A DNA stretch of 64,000 nt from an uncultured delta proteobacterium (GTDB lineage Bacteria > Myxococcota_A > Polyangia > Fen-1088): contig CAVTRY010000014.1 in the NCBI GenBank assembly GCA_963737265.1, positions 96,001-160,000 of the forward strand, given 5' to 3'. Position 1 is the first letter of the stretch. Each line of letters opens with the position of its first letter. A model generated the notes under the pieces. It ran no database searches. It saw only the letters and a program-made list of their open reading frames with translations, and was not told the DNA's origin. Positions 41,184 through 52,103 of the stretch are shown here, in pieces. Position numbers and translations under genes: made by a program.

Positions 41184-41396
41184 CTTGCTGCCGAAGGTCG
41201 TGCGGAGAGTCGGTGGTATACTACCATAACGCCGCTGCCCACAAGACCCAGTTGGCCGGTCCGCAGCTAAATCTACCAGTTGCGTCCTGTTTCGCGGTTG
41301 TGTCTCGCGGGCGCCAACAAACGTAGATTCGAACCGGCCAGATGCCTTCGCCGTCAGAAATCAGGCATGGAGAGACCGCTTTGATCTCGGGTGGCG

Positions 41397-42878
41397 CTAT
41401 CCTAACGGAAGCTCGACGGTAAAACGGGCGCCTCCCAGGGGCGACCGGCTCACGGTCACGTCGCCGCCGTGGTCGATGACGATCTTGCGGACGATGGCGA
41501 GTCCCAAGCCCGTGCCGCCCTCGCGGTGGGTGACGTAGGGGTCGAAGATATGTTGACGTTCAGACTCGGGCACGCCGGGGCCGTTGTCGTCGATGAAGAT
41601 GGCAGCTCGCCTTTGCTCGCGTTGCATCTCGGCGTGGATACGCACCTCCGGCTGACGACCCGCGCTTTGGGCGGCTTGCATGGCGTTCTCGACGAGATTG
41701 GCGATCACGCGGCGGAACAACGTCTTGTCACAAAGGGCGGGCACGGGCGCTCGACTCGGCTCGACGATCACCAGCCCCTGCCAATCCGGTTGCAGGCGGA
41801 CGATGTCCACCAGCAACGACGTTATGTCGATGGCAAGCGGATCGACCTTGGGCAATTTGGCGAGGGCGGAGAAGTCATCGACCAGGCGGCGCAGTCCCGT
41901 GATTTCCTCGCGCAGGATCTCGGTGGCGGTGTCGAGCAGCCGCTTATACGAGGCATCGTCGCCGCGGTACTTGGACGCAAGCTCCTGCACGGCCAGTTGG
42001 ATTGGCGTGAGTGGATTCTTGATCTCGTGGGCCAGCCGCCGCGCCACTTCCTGCCACGCCGAAACCTTTTGCAGGTACTCGAGGCGCGAGCGGGCTTGGC
42101 CGAGCTCCGCCACCATGCCGTCGAAGGCGCGCCCGAGCTCCGCCAGCTCGTCCTTGCCGGCGAGCGCGACGCGCACATGCAAATCGCCCGCGCCCACGCG
42201 TCGGGCAGCCTCGTGCAGACGCGCCACCCGCCGCGTCACCTGGCGCGCGAAGAACCAGCCAAGCAGCGGAGCCGCGGCCAGCATGACGAGCACGAGCAGG
42301 ATGTACTGGCGCAAAAAGCGGGGAATGACCAAGTCGTAGACGCGGCCGAGTTGCTGTTCCTTGTCGATGGCATCGCGCAGAGAGAGAAAATTTTCGTACA
42401 TGTCGAGCGGAATGCCGAAGGTCAACTCCAAGATACGCGAGGGCTGATTATCGGTCGCCTTCTTGCTCGTCTTCTTGCTCGTCTTGCTCGGCAAGGCCAC
42501 GACGATAGGCGGGGCTTCGCGCGAGCGCGAGAGCACGGCGGGCCCGTTTTCCCACACGTCGACTTCTTCATCGCCGTCGAGCAAGCGCGCGCGCAGCAGG
42601 CCTTCCGTCGCCGCCAAGCTCGCCATCTCGGTGACGCCGCCGGCAGCGATGATCTGGGCGCGACGGCGAAACTCGTCCTTGCGATCGGTGAAGTAGGAGC
42701 GAAAAACCTCAGCCGCGTGCTTGGATGCGTTGGCGACTTGTTCGGACTGCTCGATGGAGAAGTCGGCAAAGCGGTGCACGACATAGTAGAGCGCATAGGC
42801 CGACAGCAGCGCCGACAGAAATGCGACCAGCAGCATTTCGCCCAGCATCTTGAGGGCGAAGCGCCCAGGCCACCTCAC
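41397..42878 (-). CDS. NtrY-like sensor histidine kinase
   Basis: AWQEVARRLAHEIKNPLTPIQL, NLVENA, DDNGPG and GTGLGL motifs; HAMP domain. Confidence 0.9.
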   Translation of the reverse strand: MRWPGRFALKMLGEMLLVAFLSALLSAYALYYVVHRFADFSIEQSEQVANASKHAAEVFRSYFTDRKDEFRRRAQIIAAGGVTEMASLAATEGLLRARLLDGDEEVDVWENGPAVLSRSREAPPIVVALPSKTSKKTSKKATDNQPSRILELTFGIPLDMYENFLSLRDAIDKEQQLGRVYDLVIPRFLRQYILLVLVMLAAAPLLGWFFARQVTRRVARLHEAARRVGAGDLHVRVALAGKDELAELGRAFDGMVAELGQARSRLEYLQKVSAWQEVARRLAHEIKNPLTPIQLAVQELASKYRGDDASYKRLLDTATEILREEITGLRRLVDDFSALAKLPKVDPLAIDITSLLVDIVRLQPDWQGLVIVEPSRAPVPALCDKTLFRRVIANLVENAMQAAQSAGRQPEVRIHAEMQREQRRAAIFIDDNGPGVPESERQHIFDPYVTHREGGTGLGLAIVRKIVIDHGGDVTVSRSPLGGARFTVELPLG

Positions 42879-43531
42879 GGCGGCGACTCCAGCGGTGCCT
42901 TGAACGGCTGCGAGACGATCTGGACGAGCCGCTCGCTGTCCTCGATGCGCGGGTTCACGAACACACTGACGAACGACCCGAAGAAGTTGTCGCCCGAGCC
43001 GGTTCTTCCCCGGCCGCTTGGGCGGGACAGCCAGCGCCGCACATTGGTGACGAGCTCCTCCGAGATGGGATTCAGATCCGCGCGAACGCTGAGGTGATAG
43101 GTCGCACCAGGATCGAGCTTGTCGATGTCGATGAGCGGAAACGCGGCGAGCTTTGTCGCAATAGCCACGGCGGCCTCGGGGGTGGTCACCACATGGACCT
43201 CTGGTTTGGTCGGCTCATCGGTCGAGGTGCGCACGCGAATCTTCTCGTCCCACAGATCGTAGACGATTTCGGAAAGGCGCGTGGCGTGCGCAACCGGCTC
43301 GTCGCTGCCCTCGCGCAGAAGTACCACGCGAATCAGGACGCGCGTGGAAAACCCGGACAGCAGGCGATCCACATCGCGCGGTTGGAAAACGTCCCGAAGC
43401 CCGACGCTGGCCACCAGCTTGTCACCCTTGCGCGCGATCCCCGTGGTGCGGACGTGCGGCGCGGCGGCCGTGGCCGTCGTTGCCAGCATGGCCGAAATCG
43501 CAACGCCGAGAAAAGCTGCCCGCCAGGTCAT
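42875..43531 (-). CDS. Exported protein, DUF4390-like
   Basis: Signal peptide, IVYDLWDE motif, and position immediately upstream of an NtrY-like kinase. Confidence 0.65.
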   Translation of the reverse strand: MTWRAAFLGVAISAMLATTATAAAPHVRTTGIARKGDKLVASVGLRDVFQPRDVDRLLSGFSTRVLIRVVLLREGSDEPVAHATRLSEIVYDLWDEKIRVRTSTDEPTKPEVHVVTTPEAAVAIATKLAAFPLIDIDKLDPGATYHLSVRADLNPISEELVTNVRRWLSRPSGRGRTGSGDNFFGSFVSVFVNPRIEDSERLVQIVSQPFKAPLESPP

Positions 43532-45009
43532 CAGAAGGGGATCCGGCCGATGGCGTTGGCCACCGAGAGGGTGAAGATGCCGATGTAGGTATCGAGACGG
43601 ATGCCGAGATCCGCGGTGAGATCGGGCGCGACGGCGTGCGACAAGGAGAGATTGCTGTTTCTGAGGTCGTCCGGGTTGGACAGCGCGAACACGCCGAAAG
43701 CCGCGAAGGCGTCGCCGCGATAAAGCAACCCGTGTCGGCTCCAGACGGGAACTGCGTACTCGACGAGGACTCGTCCGGCGAGGTTGTTGTAGCGACGAGC
43801 CGCACTGCCGGTGCCGAGAAAATCGAACGACGGCTGGGTCGAAAAGTTGAGTCCGAGCGCGCGCGGCGGCAGCAGTTGGTTGAGGTCGCCGACGAAGAAG
43901 CGATCGAAATAGGGCGCGTCGCCCGCGATGCCGCCCAAGAATCCGTGGATGCCGATGACGTGCCCCGAGCGCAGCAGGAAATACGACGAGGACTGGGCCA
44001 CGCCTTTGACGAAGCCATAGTTCGAGGCGAGCGCCGACGTACTGGCTTCGACCGACAGCGAGATGTGGTGGCCGCCGCGAGGAAGCACCGGATCCGAGCG
44101 CGAATCGATGTCGAGGGTGAGGCCGAGCGTTGCGAGATGGCTCGCGCCGTCGCGCACGGCAAAGGGGATCTCGACGATCTGACCATCGGGTGTCGTCTGT
44201 GTGCGGTCACCGGGAAGGTCGGCGCGAATGGACTCGAAGCGTGCTTCGCCCAGCAAAAAGAAGGTGCGCGACAAAACCCGGCCCGCGCCGACGGTTCCGC
44301 CCAGCCGGCGCACGTTCGCCGCGACGAAGTCGGCCGGAGCGGAGCTGCCATCGCCGCCGCTTGTGCGGAAGAACTCGCTGCCGCGCGAGGCAGTGAAGCT
44401 TGCTTGCAGCGCGAGGCGGCCCGAGAAGAAGGTGGGCGGGCCGGCCATGTGCAAGGCGCCGGCGAAACCAGGCTCGGAGCCCGCGACTTTCGGCCGCGTG
44501 GAGCCAACGAAACCGCCGCCGAGGGAAAGCCCGCGGCCGAAAAGATTGCGCTCGGTAGCCGCCAGCCCGCCCCACACCGCCGTCGCCTGGCTGGTGCCCA
44601 AATAGACCGCATCGAGAATCACGGTGCCGCGCTCCTCCACCTCGACCACGAGGGTGGCGAGGCCGCGGCGTTCGCCCCTGGCCAGGGAAAGGTGCACGTC
44701 GAGAAAGAAGCCGAGCGAAAGCAGCCGCAGTCGTGCCAGCCCCACGCGCGCGTCGTTGGCCGCGACGACATCCCCAGGCACGAGCCCCACCTCGCGCAGG
44801 ATGAGCGCGGTCTGGGTCTTGTGGTTGCCGCGCACTTCGATGCGTTCGAGCCGATAGCGCGGCTGAAACGCGGGGTCGGGCGGGAATTCCGGCAAGCCTA
44901 GAGCAGCCGGACTGGCTGCTTGCTGCGCCGCCAGCAGTTCGCTTTCAACCGATCCAGCGAACGCTACGCGAGAGAAGCCGATCAAGAACAATGCACAGAG
45001 GGTGCGCAT
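43531..45009 (-). CDS. Omp85/BamA-TamA family outer membrane protein (single POTRA-like domain)
   Basis: IEVRGNHKT...ILRE POTRA, VEVEER, ERNLFGRG, IDSRSDPVLPRGG; ends in Phe. Confidence 0.85.
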   Translation of the reverse strand: MRTLCALFLIGFSRVAFAGSVESELLAAQQAASPAALGLPEFPPDPAFQPRYRLERIEVRGNHKTQTALILREVGLVPGDVVAANDARVGLARLRLLSLGFFLDVHLSLARGERRGLATLVVEVEERGTVILDAVYLGTSQATAVWGGLAATERNLFGRGLSLGGGFVGSTRPKVAGSEPGFAGALHMAGPPTFFSGRLALQASFTASRGSEFFRTSGGDGSSAPADFVAANVRRLGGTVGAGRVLSRTFFLLGEARFESIRADLPGDRTQTTPDGQIVEIPFAVRDGASHLATLGLTLDIDSRSDPVLPRGGHHISLSVEASTSALASNYGFVKGVAQSSSYFLLRSGHVIGIHGFLGGIAGDAPYFDRFFVGDLNQLLPPRALGLNFSTQPSFDFLGTGSAARRYNNLAGRVLVEYAVPVWSRHGLLYRGDAFAAFGVFALSNPDDLRNSNLSLSHAVAPDLTADLGIRLDTYIGIFTLSVANAIGRIPF

Positions 45010-45098
45010 GGAGCAGCGGCGATTCTACAGAGGATTCAAGCTAAGTGGCGAATCGTCGTGGCGGCGGCGGATTCGGCCGCGCAGGACCCGCGAGCCCT

Positions 45099-45848
45099 TT
45101 AGTTGATGCTTATCCGCGGCGCGAGGGCCACGGCGTGAACCACGGAGTCGAGGCGGCGCTGCACTTCTTCTGACGGATTGAGGAGGGTCATGCGTTCGAG
45201 AACGAAGCGCAGCCGTTCCTGGTCGCCGCGCAGCTCGTAGATGGAGCGCAGGTTGTTGAGCATGCGTAGGACGATCTGGCGGCGCGACGCGGGCACCAAG
45301 TACTGTTCATCGACGTCGCCGGGATCGCCAGTCGCCGATTCGTAGATCGATTGCAACGCAGCCCGCGTAAGCACCCGACCATCAAAGGGATCGATGGTGG
45401 CCATGTCGCCGGTGACCTTGGCGGCGCGCACGAGGAAGTGACCGGGAAAGGAAATACCTTCGGCGACGACGCCCGCGCGCCGGCACACGCCGAGCAAGAC
45501 CACCGCCAGCGAAAGCGGGTTCCCGGTACGTCGGTCAATCACGTGGTTGAGAAAGCTGTTTTGCGGATCGTAGTAGTCCGTCACGTTGCCGCGAAAGCCA
45601 AGCTCGCCGTACAGCAACCGCAAAATGGGCATGATGCGATCCGCGGGTGATGGGCCGCATTGGGGATAGAAGCGCAGCTTGATGCGCCCGAGCTCGCCCA
45701 TCACGTCGAGCTTGTTGACGTACGACTGGATGTCGAGGCCAGGATGTTCGGGCTCGGCCAGGAGCAAGGCCAGGTGCTCCACGTCCAGCTTGTCTTCCGC
45801 CCTCGACATAAGGTGCGCGAACAGCAGCAGATCGGCCTGGCCACTCAT
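45099..45848 (-). CDS. SirB1-family transglutaminase-like protein
   Basis: GFRGN..DYYDPQNSFLNHVIDRRTGNPLSL, GISFPGHFL, IDPF and RMLNNL motifs. Confidence 0.9.
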   Translation of the reverse strand: MSGQADLLLFAHLMSRAEDKLDVEHLALLLAEPEHPGLDIQSYVNKLDVMGELGRIKLRFYPQCGPSPADRIMPILRLLYGELGFRGNVTDYYDPQNSFLNHVIDRRTGNPLSLAVVLLGVCRRAGVVAEGISFPGHFLVRAAKVTGDMATIDPFDGRVLTRAALQSIYESATGDPGDVDEQYLVPASRRQIVLRMLNNLRSIYELRGDQERLRFVLERMTLLNPSEEVQRRLDSVVHAVALAPRISIN

Positions 45849-46001
45849 AGGTGATAAGGAAGATAGCAGAGCATGGACCCAAGGCATCTGCTTTCTTGGC
45901 CAAGGGAGATCATAGATCGATGATCGTCAAGACCTCTGGCAAGCGACGGCGGCGATAGTAAATCGACGGGAATTGCCCAAAGGCCCGAAACCAGCGTCAA
46001 T

Positions 46002-48071
46002 TTACTGGCGCGAAGGTTCCGCCAGGCGCGCTTCGATCTCGGCCAGCCGCGCTTCAAGCGCGGGAACGCGCGCCGCCGCCATGGTGGCAGCCTGGTACTG
46101 CGTTTCGAGGTCGAAGAGACGCTCGTATACTTCCTCCGGATCGGGGGCTTCCGCGCGTAGCTCGGAAAGGCGGCGCTCGCGCTCGTCGCTAGAGCGCACG
46201 CGCTGCTCGAGCTCGGCCAAACGCTCGGCATCGGCGGCGTGAGCGGCCTTGGACTCGAGGAGCGTGACCTCAAGCTCGGCCAGGCGCGCAGCCGCTCCCG
46301 CGCGCGCAGCCGTGCACTCGGCAAGCGCAGCTTCGCCCTCCGCCAAGCGCATCGTCTCGATGGCACGAGCAGCTTTGCACTCGGCGAGAGCAGCTTCGGC
46401 TTCAGCCAAGCGCGCGGTATCGGCCAGGCGCGCGGTGTCGGACTCGGCGAGTGCGGCTTCGGCTTCGCTTAAGCGAGCACGAAGCGTGTCGGCTTCGCCG
46501 CGCAGGGCCGCGACGCGCGCCCGCGAATCGTCGAGCTCCGCCTGTTCTCGTCCCCTCGCCTCGCTGTCCTTCGCAGTCGTGTACTGCGCGCGCAGCAGGA
46601 GACCTTCCAGCTCGGCCAGGCGAGAGCGTCGCTGGCGATCGGCGTTCTCCACCTCGGCCAGCGCCTTTTTCAGCTGCTCGACTTCCGCGGCAGCGGCGGC
46701 CTGACGCTTCTCGCTCGTCGCCAATTCATCTTCGAGCTCGGCCACCAAGCTTCCCTGCTCGTTGGCGGCATCGCGCAGCCGGTTCATCTCTTCGACGTGG
46801 GCGGCGGCAGCCTGGCGATATTCTTCGATCGCCTGCCCGCGCACCTTGAGCGTCTCCAGCAGCTCGTTCTCTTGTTGGGATTGTGATCGCCCACGCTCGC
46901 GCTCGCTGCCCAGGCTGGCCAGCTCGGCACGCGCGCGGCCAATCTCGTCCTCGGCGGCGTCGGCCCGCCATAGCGCATGTTGATTGGCGGTTTCCAGCGC
47001 CGCGATGCGATCGTCGCGCTCGGACAGGGCCGACTCGCGCGCAGCGAGCTCACTCTCGCGCCGCCTTAACTCTTCGGTCAGGTACGGGTCCGGCGCTGGT
47101 TCGCCCGCGCGAAGTCCCGCGGTCAGGCGCTGGGCCAGCACGGTCATCTCTTCCGTCGTTTTGCGCGTAAGATTGACGACCGATTCGTCGGCCTCGATGA
47201 GCGCGTGGCGCAAGCGGCGCACTTCCTCGTCGAGCTCGGCGCGCGCCTCGGCGGTGCGGCGCAAGCGGGCGCGCAGCTCCTCGATTTCTTCGCTCTGCGC
47301 GCGCGACACCCGCACGAGGCCCAGGGTCTTGCCCTCGCTTTCGGTCAGGCGTTGGCGCAGCTCCGCAAGAACGGTGTCGGGCGCCTTGCCGGAAACGCCC
47401 GCTCCTGCTCGTTCGTGCGACGGTCCGGCGCAAGCGTCGGCGGGGATCTGCACCAGGGCGTAGCCGAGTGGATGGCGTTCATTGGGGCCGGCCAGGGCGA
47501 TGTAGTGGGTAGGCTCTTCGCCTGCGCGTAGGGCAAGCTCCGGGTCGACGCGCAGGTCGGCGGCGGCCTCGTCGAATTCGGCGATGCCGTAGGCCGCAAA
47601 GGGCGTCTGGCCGAACATGCGAACGGTAGCGAAATGCGGGGTCAGAGCGTCGACGACATCGTAGTAAGGAACGCCCTCGCCTCGGTCGCCATTCTGTACG
47701 ACACAGGCCAGTTGGCCACCGGGTGCCACTAGGGCAAGCAGCGCGGAAAGTGGCACCGAACTACGGCCGCGCAGCACGTCCGCAGCATCGGGCACCAGCA
47801 CCAGATCGAATGCCCCAGACGCGTCGATGGAACCCGACGCCATGGTGACGAAGCCCAAGGCGCCCTCGTGGTTCCGCGTTCGCGCTATGGAGAGTTCGCG
47901 CGGGCCGCACGCGCCAATCACGCTGCTCGCTCCCAAACGAACCAGGTGGGCCGCGGCCTCGCCCGTGCCGCAGTCGACTTCGAGCACGCGCCGTCCGACG
48001 ACGAGAGGCCGCAAGTAGCTATACACGGCCGCGCGGCGAATACCGCTCTTGGGCATGGATTGGTCGGCCAT
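46002..48071 (-). CDS. Methyltransferase-like N-terminal domain fused to a long coiled coil
   Basis: RVLEVDCGTG degenerate SAM motif, followed by several hundred residues of E/A/R/L-rich heptads. Confidence 0.75.
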   Translation of the reverse strand: MADQSMPKSGIRRAAVYSYLRPLVVGRRVLEVDCGTGEAAAHLVRLGASSVIGACGPRELSIARTRNHEGALGFVTMASGSIDASGAFDLVLVPDAADVLRGRSSVPLSALLALVAPGGQLACVVQNGDRGEGVPYYDVVDALTPHFATVRMFGQTPFAAYGIAEFDEAAADLRVDPELALRAGEEPTHYIALAGPNERHPLGYALVQIPADACAGPSHERAGAGVSGKAPDTVLAELRQRLTESEGKTLGLVRVSRAQSEEIEELRARLRRTAEARAELDEEVRRLRHALIEADESVVNLTRKTTEEMTVLAQRLTAGLRAGEPAPDPYLTEELRRRESELAARESALSERDDRIAALETANQHALWRADAAEDEIGRARAELASLGSERERGRSQSQQENELLETLKVRGQAIEEYRQAAAAHVEEMNRLRDAANEQGSLVAELEDELATSEKRQAAAAAEVEQLKKALAEVENADRQRRSRLAELEGLLLRAQYTTAKDSEARGREQAELDDSRARVAALRGEADTLRARLSEAEAALAESDTARLADTARLAEAEAALAECKAARAIETMRLAEGEAALAECTAARAGAAARLAELEVTLLESKAAHAADAERLAELEQRVRSSDERERRLSELRAEAPDPEEVYERLFDLETQYQAATMAAARVPALEARLAEIEARLAEPSRQ

Positions 48072-48208
48072 TGGCGCAGCACTATATACAATAAGAAGCG
48101 GCATCGGCACCTTTGGAGCCCACGTCGATCGAATTATTGTTGCGGTGCTGCTTGCCCTTCGGCCCCAAGCCGACTATAAATCCCCTCCTTCACACGAGGT
48201 TTCGCGTC

Positions 48209-48430
48209 ATGCCCAAGATGGGGATTCACCCAAGCTATCAGCCCTGCACGATTTCCTGCGCCTGCGGACACAAGGTAGATACCTTCTCCACGCGCGGGTC
48301 GTTCATGGTGGACATTTGTTCGAACTGCCACCCGTTCTACACCGGGAAGCAGAAGTTCTTGGACACTGGTGGCCGTATCGAGCGCTTCAACAAGAAGTAC
48401 GGCCGCCCGAGCGCCACGCCGACGGAATAG
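48209..48430 (+). CDS. rpmE: 50S ribosomal protein L31 (zinc-binding type)
   Basis: GIHPSY...CACG...[24 protein letters not shown]. Confidence 0.96.
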   Translation: MPKMGIHPSYQPCTISCACGHKVDTFSTRGSFMVDICSNCHPFYTGKQKFLDTGGRIERFNKKYGRPSATPTE

Positions 48431-48472
48431 GGGATTGGGCCGCGCGGGCCTTGCCGCGGGCTCGCGTTCTTT

Positions 48473-49558
48473 ATGCTCGACAATCTGCTGCTCGCCAAGC
48501 TGGCGGCTGTCGAGAGCCGCTTCGACGAGCTGACCGGTAAGCTCTCCGATCCGGAGGTGCTGGCGCGCCCGCAGGCCATGCTGAAGCTGGCCAAGGAGCA
48601 CTCCGACCTGCGCGAGCTGGTGGACACCTTGCGCATCCATCGCGCCAACGGCCGGCGCATCGACGAAGCGCGCGAAATGCAGAAGGATCCCGAGATGCGG
48701 GATCTGGCGCGCCAGGAAGAAACCGAGCTCGGCGCCGAACAGCTCCAGCTTGAGGAACGCCTGAAGCTGCTGCTCTTGCCCAAGGATCCCAACGACGACA
48801 AAAGTATTTTGCTCGAAATCCGCGGCGGCACCGGCGGCGAAGAAGCGGCGCTGTTTGCCTCCGACCTGTTTCGCATGTATTCGCGCTTCGCCGAACGGCG
48901 ACGCTGGAAGGTCGAGATTCTGTCCATGTCGAGCGCATCGGCGGGCGGGCTCAAGGAAGTCGTGGCGGCCGTGGAGGGTCGCGGCGCCTATGCCCACCTC
49001 AAATACGAATCGGGCGTCCATCGCGTGCAGCGCGTGCCCACCACCGAGGCGCAGGGGCGCATCCACACCTCGACTGCGACGGTGGCCATCATGCCCGAGC
49101 TCGAAGACGTGGATATCAACATCGACCCCAAGGATCTCAAGATCGAGGTCATGCGTTCGGGCGGCCCCGGCGGCCAGTCGGTCAACACCACCGACTCCGC
49201 CGTGCGCATTCACCACATTCCCACCGGCCTTTACGTTCACTGCCAGCAGGAAAAGAGCCAGCACAAGAACAAGGCCATGGCCATGAAGATCCTGCGTTCG
49301 AAGCTGTACGAGATTGAGCTCGAAAAGCAGGAAACCGCCGAGCGCGAGGCCCGGCGCAGCCAGATCGGCAGCGGCGATCGCTCGGAGAAAATCCGCACCT
49401 ACAATTTCCCCCAAGATCGCCTGACCGACCACCGCATCGGCTACACCCGGCACAATCTGCCCGCCATCATGGACGGCGATCTCGAAGACATCATCAGCAG
49501 CCTGCGCTCGCATTTCCAGGCCGAAGCCCTGCGCGGCGACAATCCGCAAAAACCGTAG
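48473..49558 (+). CDS. prfA: Peptide chain release factor 1
   Basis: [19 protein letters not shown] (PxT), GGPGGQSVN and RTYNFPQ motifs. Confidence 0.96.
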   Translation: MLDNLLLAKLAAVESRFDELTGKLSDPEVLARPQAMLKLAKEHSDLRELVDTLRIHRANGRRIDEAREMQKDPEMRDLARQEETELGAEQLQLEERLKLLLLPKDPNDDKSILLEIRGGTGGEEAALFASDLFRMYSRFAERRRWKVEILSMSSASAGGLKEVVAAVEGRGAYAHLKYESGVHRVQRVPTTEAQGRIHTSTATVAIMPELEDVDINIDPKDLKIEVMRSGGPGGQSVNTTDSAVRIHHIPTGLYVHCQQEKSQHKNKAMAMKILRSKLYEIELEKQETAEREARRSQIGSGDRSEKIRTYNFPQDRLTDHRIGYTRHNLPAIMDGDLEDIISSLRSHFQAEALRGDNPQKP

Positions 49559-49607
49559 GGCACGAGACGAAGTTGACGAAGGCCCCGCGGCAGGGAAACC
49601 TTCGAGC

Positions 49608-51446
49608 ATGCGCAGCCCTTCGCTCTTCGCCCCCGAACCAGGATCTGGTTCCACGCTTCGTTCGCGAGCCGACGTTTCCGACGCCGACCGCTGGGATCTC
49701 TCCAAGCTCTACGCCAACGACGCGGCTTGGGAGAGGGATCTCGAAAGTTACCGCGCCATGAGCGAGCGGATTCCCTCGTTCAGGGGCACGCTCGGCAAGG
49801 ACGCGGAATCGCTGGCGGTGGCGCTTGGCTTTCTGCGCGACTTCGGCAAGGTCGAGGAACGGCTCGCAGCCTACGCCAACCTGCGCGAGGCCGAGGACCA
49901 AGGGCTGTCGGAGGCGCGCGATCGCTCGGCGCGTTTCATAATGACCCAGGCCGAGGCTCAGGCCGCGTGGAGCTACCTCGATCCCGAGATTCAGGCCATT
50001 CCCGACGAGCGCATGGCCGGCTTCCTCGCGCATCCGGCACTGGCGGAGTTCGCGATTTGGCTGCGCAAGGTCCTCCGCTTTCGGCCGCACGTTCTTTCCG
50101 AAAAGGAAGAGCGGCTGCTGGCGATGCAGATCGAGGCCAACCAGACCGCCTCGAACGCCTTCACGGTGCTGACCGATGTCGACTTCGATTTCGGCACGCT
50201 TGAAACGCCCGACGGCACGCGACCGCTCAGCCATTCCTCATTTCCGAGCTTCCTGCAAAGTCGGGATCGCGAAGTGCGACGGCGCGCCTACGCTCTCTAC
50301 TACGCGCAGTACGACCGGCACAAGACTACGCTTGGCGTGCTGTACGCGGGATCGGTCCAGCTCGATCGCTATGCCGCGAAGGTGCGCAACCATGCCTCGG
50401 CACGCGCCATGGCGCTGTTTCCCGACGACATGCCCGAATCGGTCTATGACAACCTGGTGGCGGCGGTGAACGCGGGCTTGCCGGCGCTGCACAGGTATTA
50501 CGAGATCCGTCGCAAGTCCATGAAGCTCGACGAGCTTCGCCATTACGACGTGCGCGTGCCGCTGGTGGCGGGTGTCAGCTGGCGCCACAGCTATGACCAG
50601 GCCGTCGATGTCGTGCTGAAGGCGCTGGCGCCGCTGGGCGAGACGTATGGCACGGATCTCGGCAACGGCCTGCGCGGCGGCTGGGTCGACAGGTACGAGA
50701 ACAAGGGCAAAAATTCGGGCGCGTTTTCCTACGGTTGCTACGGCGCCGAACCCTACATCCTGATGAACTTCAAAGAGGACTTGCTCGACGACCTGTTCAC
50801 GCTCGCGCACGAAGCTGGCCATTCCATGCATTCGTTCCACAGCGCGCGCAACAACGCCTTTTTGCACTGGCACTACACGACCTTCGAAGCCGAGGTGGCG
50901 AGCACCTTCAACGAACAGCTCTTGCAGCGCTATCTCATCGACCACGCCGATTCGCCCGATGAGCGCGCCTATCTCGTCAACAAGGAGGTCGATTCCATCA
51001 TCGGCACGCTCTTCCGCCAAACCATGTTCGCCGAGTTCGAGGCGCGCGCGCACGCCCTGGTGGAATCGGGAACGCCGCTCACCGTGGACGTGATCCGCGC
51101 CGAGTACCGCGCGCTGCTCGAACGCTACTTTGGCCCCGGCATGAAGCTCGAAGCGACGAGCGATCTCGAGGGCCTGCGCATCCCCCACTTCTACCGCGCG
51201 TTCTACGTCTACACCTACGCCACCGGCATCTCCGCCGCCATTACGCTGGCCAATCGGGTGCTGACCGAAGGCCCCGCAGCGCGCGAAGACTACTTCGCCT
51301 TCCTGCGGTCCGGAGGCTCGCGCTACCCCCTGCAGTCGCTGAAACTGGCCGGCGTCGACATGGTCAGCTCCGCGCCAGTACAAGCCGCCATCGCACGTTT
51401 CGAGAAATTGGTGGGCGAGCTGGCTCAGTATCTGGGCGTGAGCTAG
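49608..51446 (+). CDS. pepF: Oligoendopeptidase F (M3B)
   Basis: WDLSKLY, GWVD.YEN.GK.SGAFS, TLAHEAGHSMH, AEVAST and IPHFY motifs. Confidence 0.93.
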   Translation: MRSPSLFAPEPGSGSTLRSRADVSDADRWDLSKLYANDAAWERDLESYRAMSERIPSFRGTLGKDAESLAVALGFLRDFGKVEERLAAYANLREAEDQGLSEARDRSARFIMTQAEAQAAWSYLDPEIQAIPDERMAGFLAHPALAEFAIWLRKVLRFRPHVLSEKEERLLAMQIEANQTASNAFTVLTDVDFDFGTLETPDGTRPLSHSSFPSFLQSRDREVRRRAYALYYAQYDRHKTTLGVLYAGSVQLDRYAAKVRNHASARAMALFPDDMPESVYDNLVAAVNAGLPALHRYYEIRRKSMKLDELRHYDVRVPLVAGVSWRHSYDQAVDVVLKALAPLGETYGTDLGNGLRGGWVDRYENKGKNSGAFSYGCYGAEPYILMNFKEDLLDDLFTLAHEAGHSMHSFHSARNNAFLHWHYTTFEAEVASTFNEQLLQRYLIDHADSPDERAYLVNKEVDSIIGTLFRQTMFAEFEARAHALVESGTPLTVDVIRAEYRALLERYFGPGMKLEATSDLEGLRIPHFYRAFYVYTYATGISAAITLANRVLTEGPAAREDYFAFLRSGGSRYPLQSLKLAGVDMVSSAPVQAAIARFEKLVGELAQYLGVS

Positions 51447-51524
51447 ACCGCCAGCCTTTGCCGCAGCACGATGGCTTGCCGGCCCCGGTCGCACTAGGCT
51501 CGTCGATCTTCTACCTGCCCGGCG

Positions 51525-51530
51525 TATAAT
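51525..51530 (+). promoter_or_regulatory. -10 box (TATAAT), probable leaderless start of the Uma2 gene
   Basis: TATAAT lies 6 nt before ATG 51537; no Shine-Dalgarno between them. Confidence 0.5.
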
Positions 51531-51536
51531 CTCCCT

Positions 51537-52103
51537 ATGCTCAATCCTGGGGTTCGCGCGAACGTGCCGTACACCTATCAGGAGTACTGCTATCTGCCGA
51601 ACGACGGCCGTCGCTACGAGATCATCGAGGGGGATCTTTACGTGACACCTTCGCCTTCTTCCATGCACCAGACTGTTTCACGTCGCCTGCAGTTCGCGCT
51701 CATGAGCCAGCTCGAGGTACCGGGGCTAGCCTACATCTTCGACGCCCCGTATGACGTTATCCTGGCCGAGACATCGGTGGTCGAGCCCGACCTTGTCATC
51801 ATTCGCAAGAGCCGCCGCGGCAGCATCTCGAAGCGTGGTTTCGAAGGGGCGCCCGACGTGGCCGTCGAGATCCTTTCGTCCTCCACCTGCGGCAACGACG
51901 TGTTCTTGAAAAAGGCCGCGTACGCCAGGGCTGGCATTCAGGAGTATTGGATCGTGGAGCCCGACCTCGGCCACGTCGAGGTATTTCGCCTGAAAGAGAG
52001 CGGTTACGATCAAGGCGTGCTCTTCGACCGTTCCGCCACCCTGACCTCACCGTCGTTTCCCGAAGTGGCCATCCCCCTCGCACCGATCTTCGAGCCGCTT
52101 TAG
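51537..52103 (+). CDS. Uma2-family endonuclease
   Basis: RYEIIEG, PSP..H, VEPDL, GAPDVAVEILS and Y..AGIQEYWIV motifs. Confidence 0.92.
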   Translation: MLNPGVRANVPYTYQEYCYLPNDGRRYEIIEGDLYVTPSPSSMHQTVSRRLQFALMSQLEVPGLAYIFDAPYDVILAETSVVEPDLVIIRKSRRGSISKRGFEGAPDVAVEILSSSTCGNDVFLKKAAYARAGIQEYWIVEPDLGHVEVFRLKESGYDQGVLFDRSATLTSPSFPEVAIPLAPIFEPL

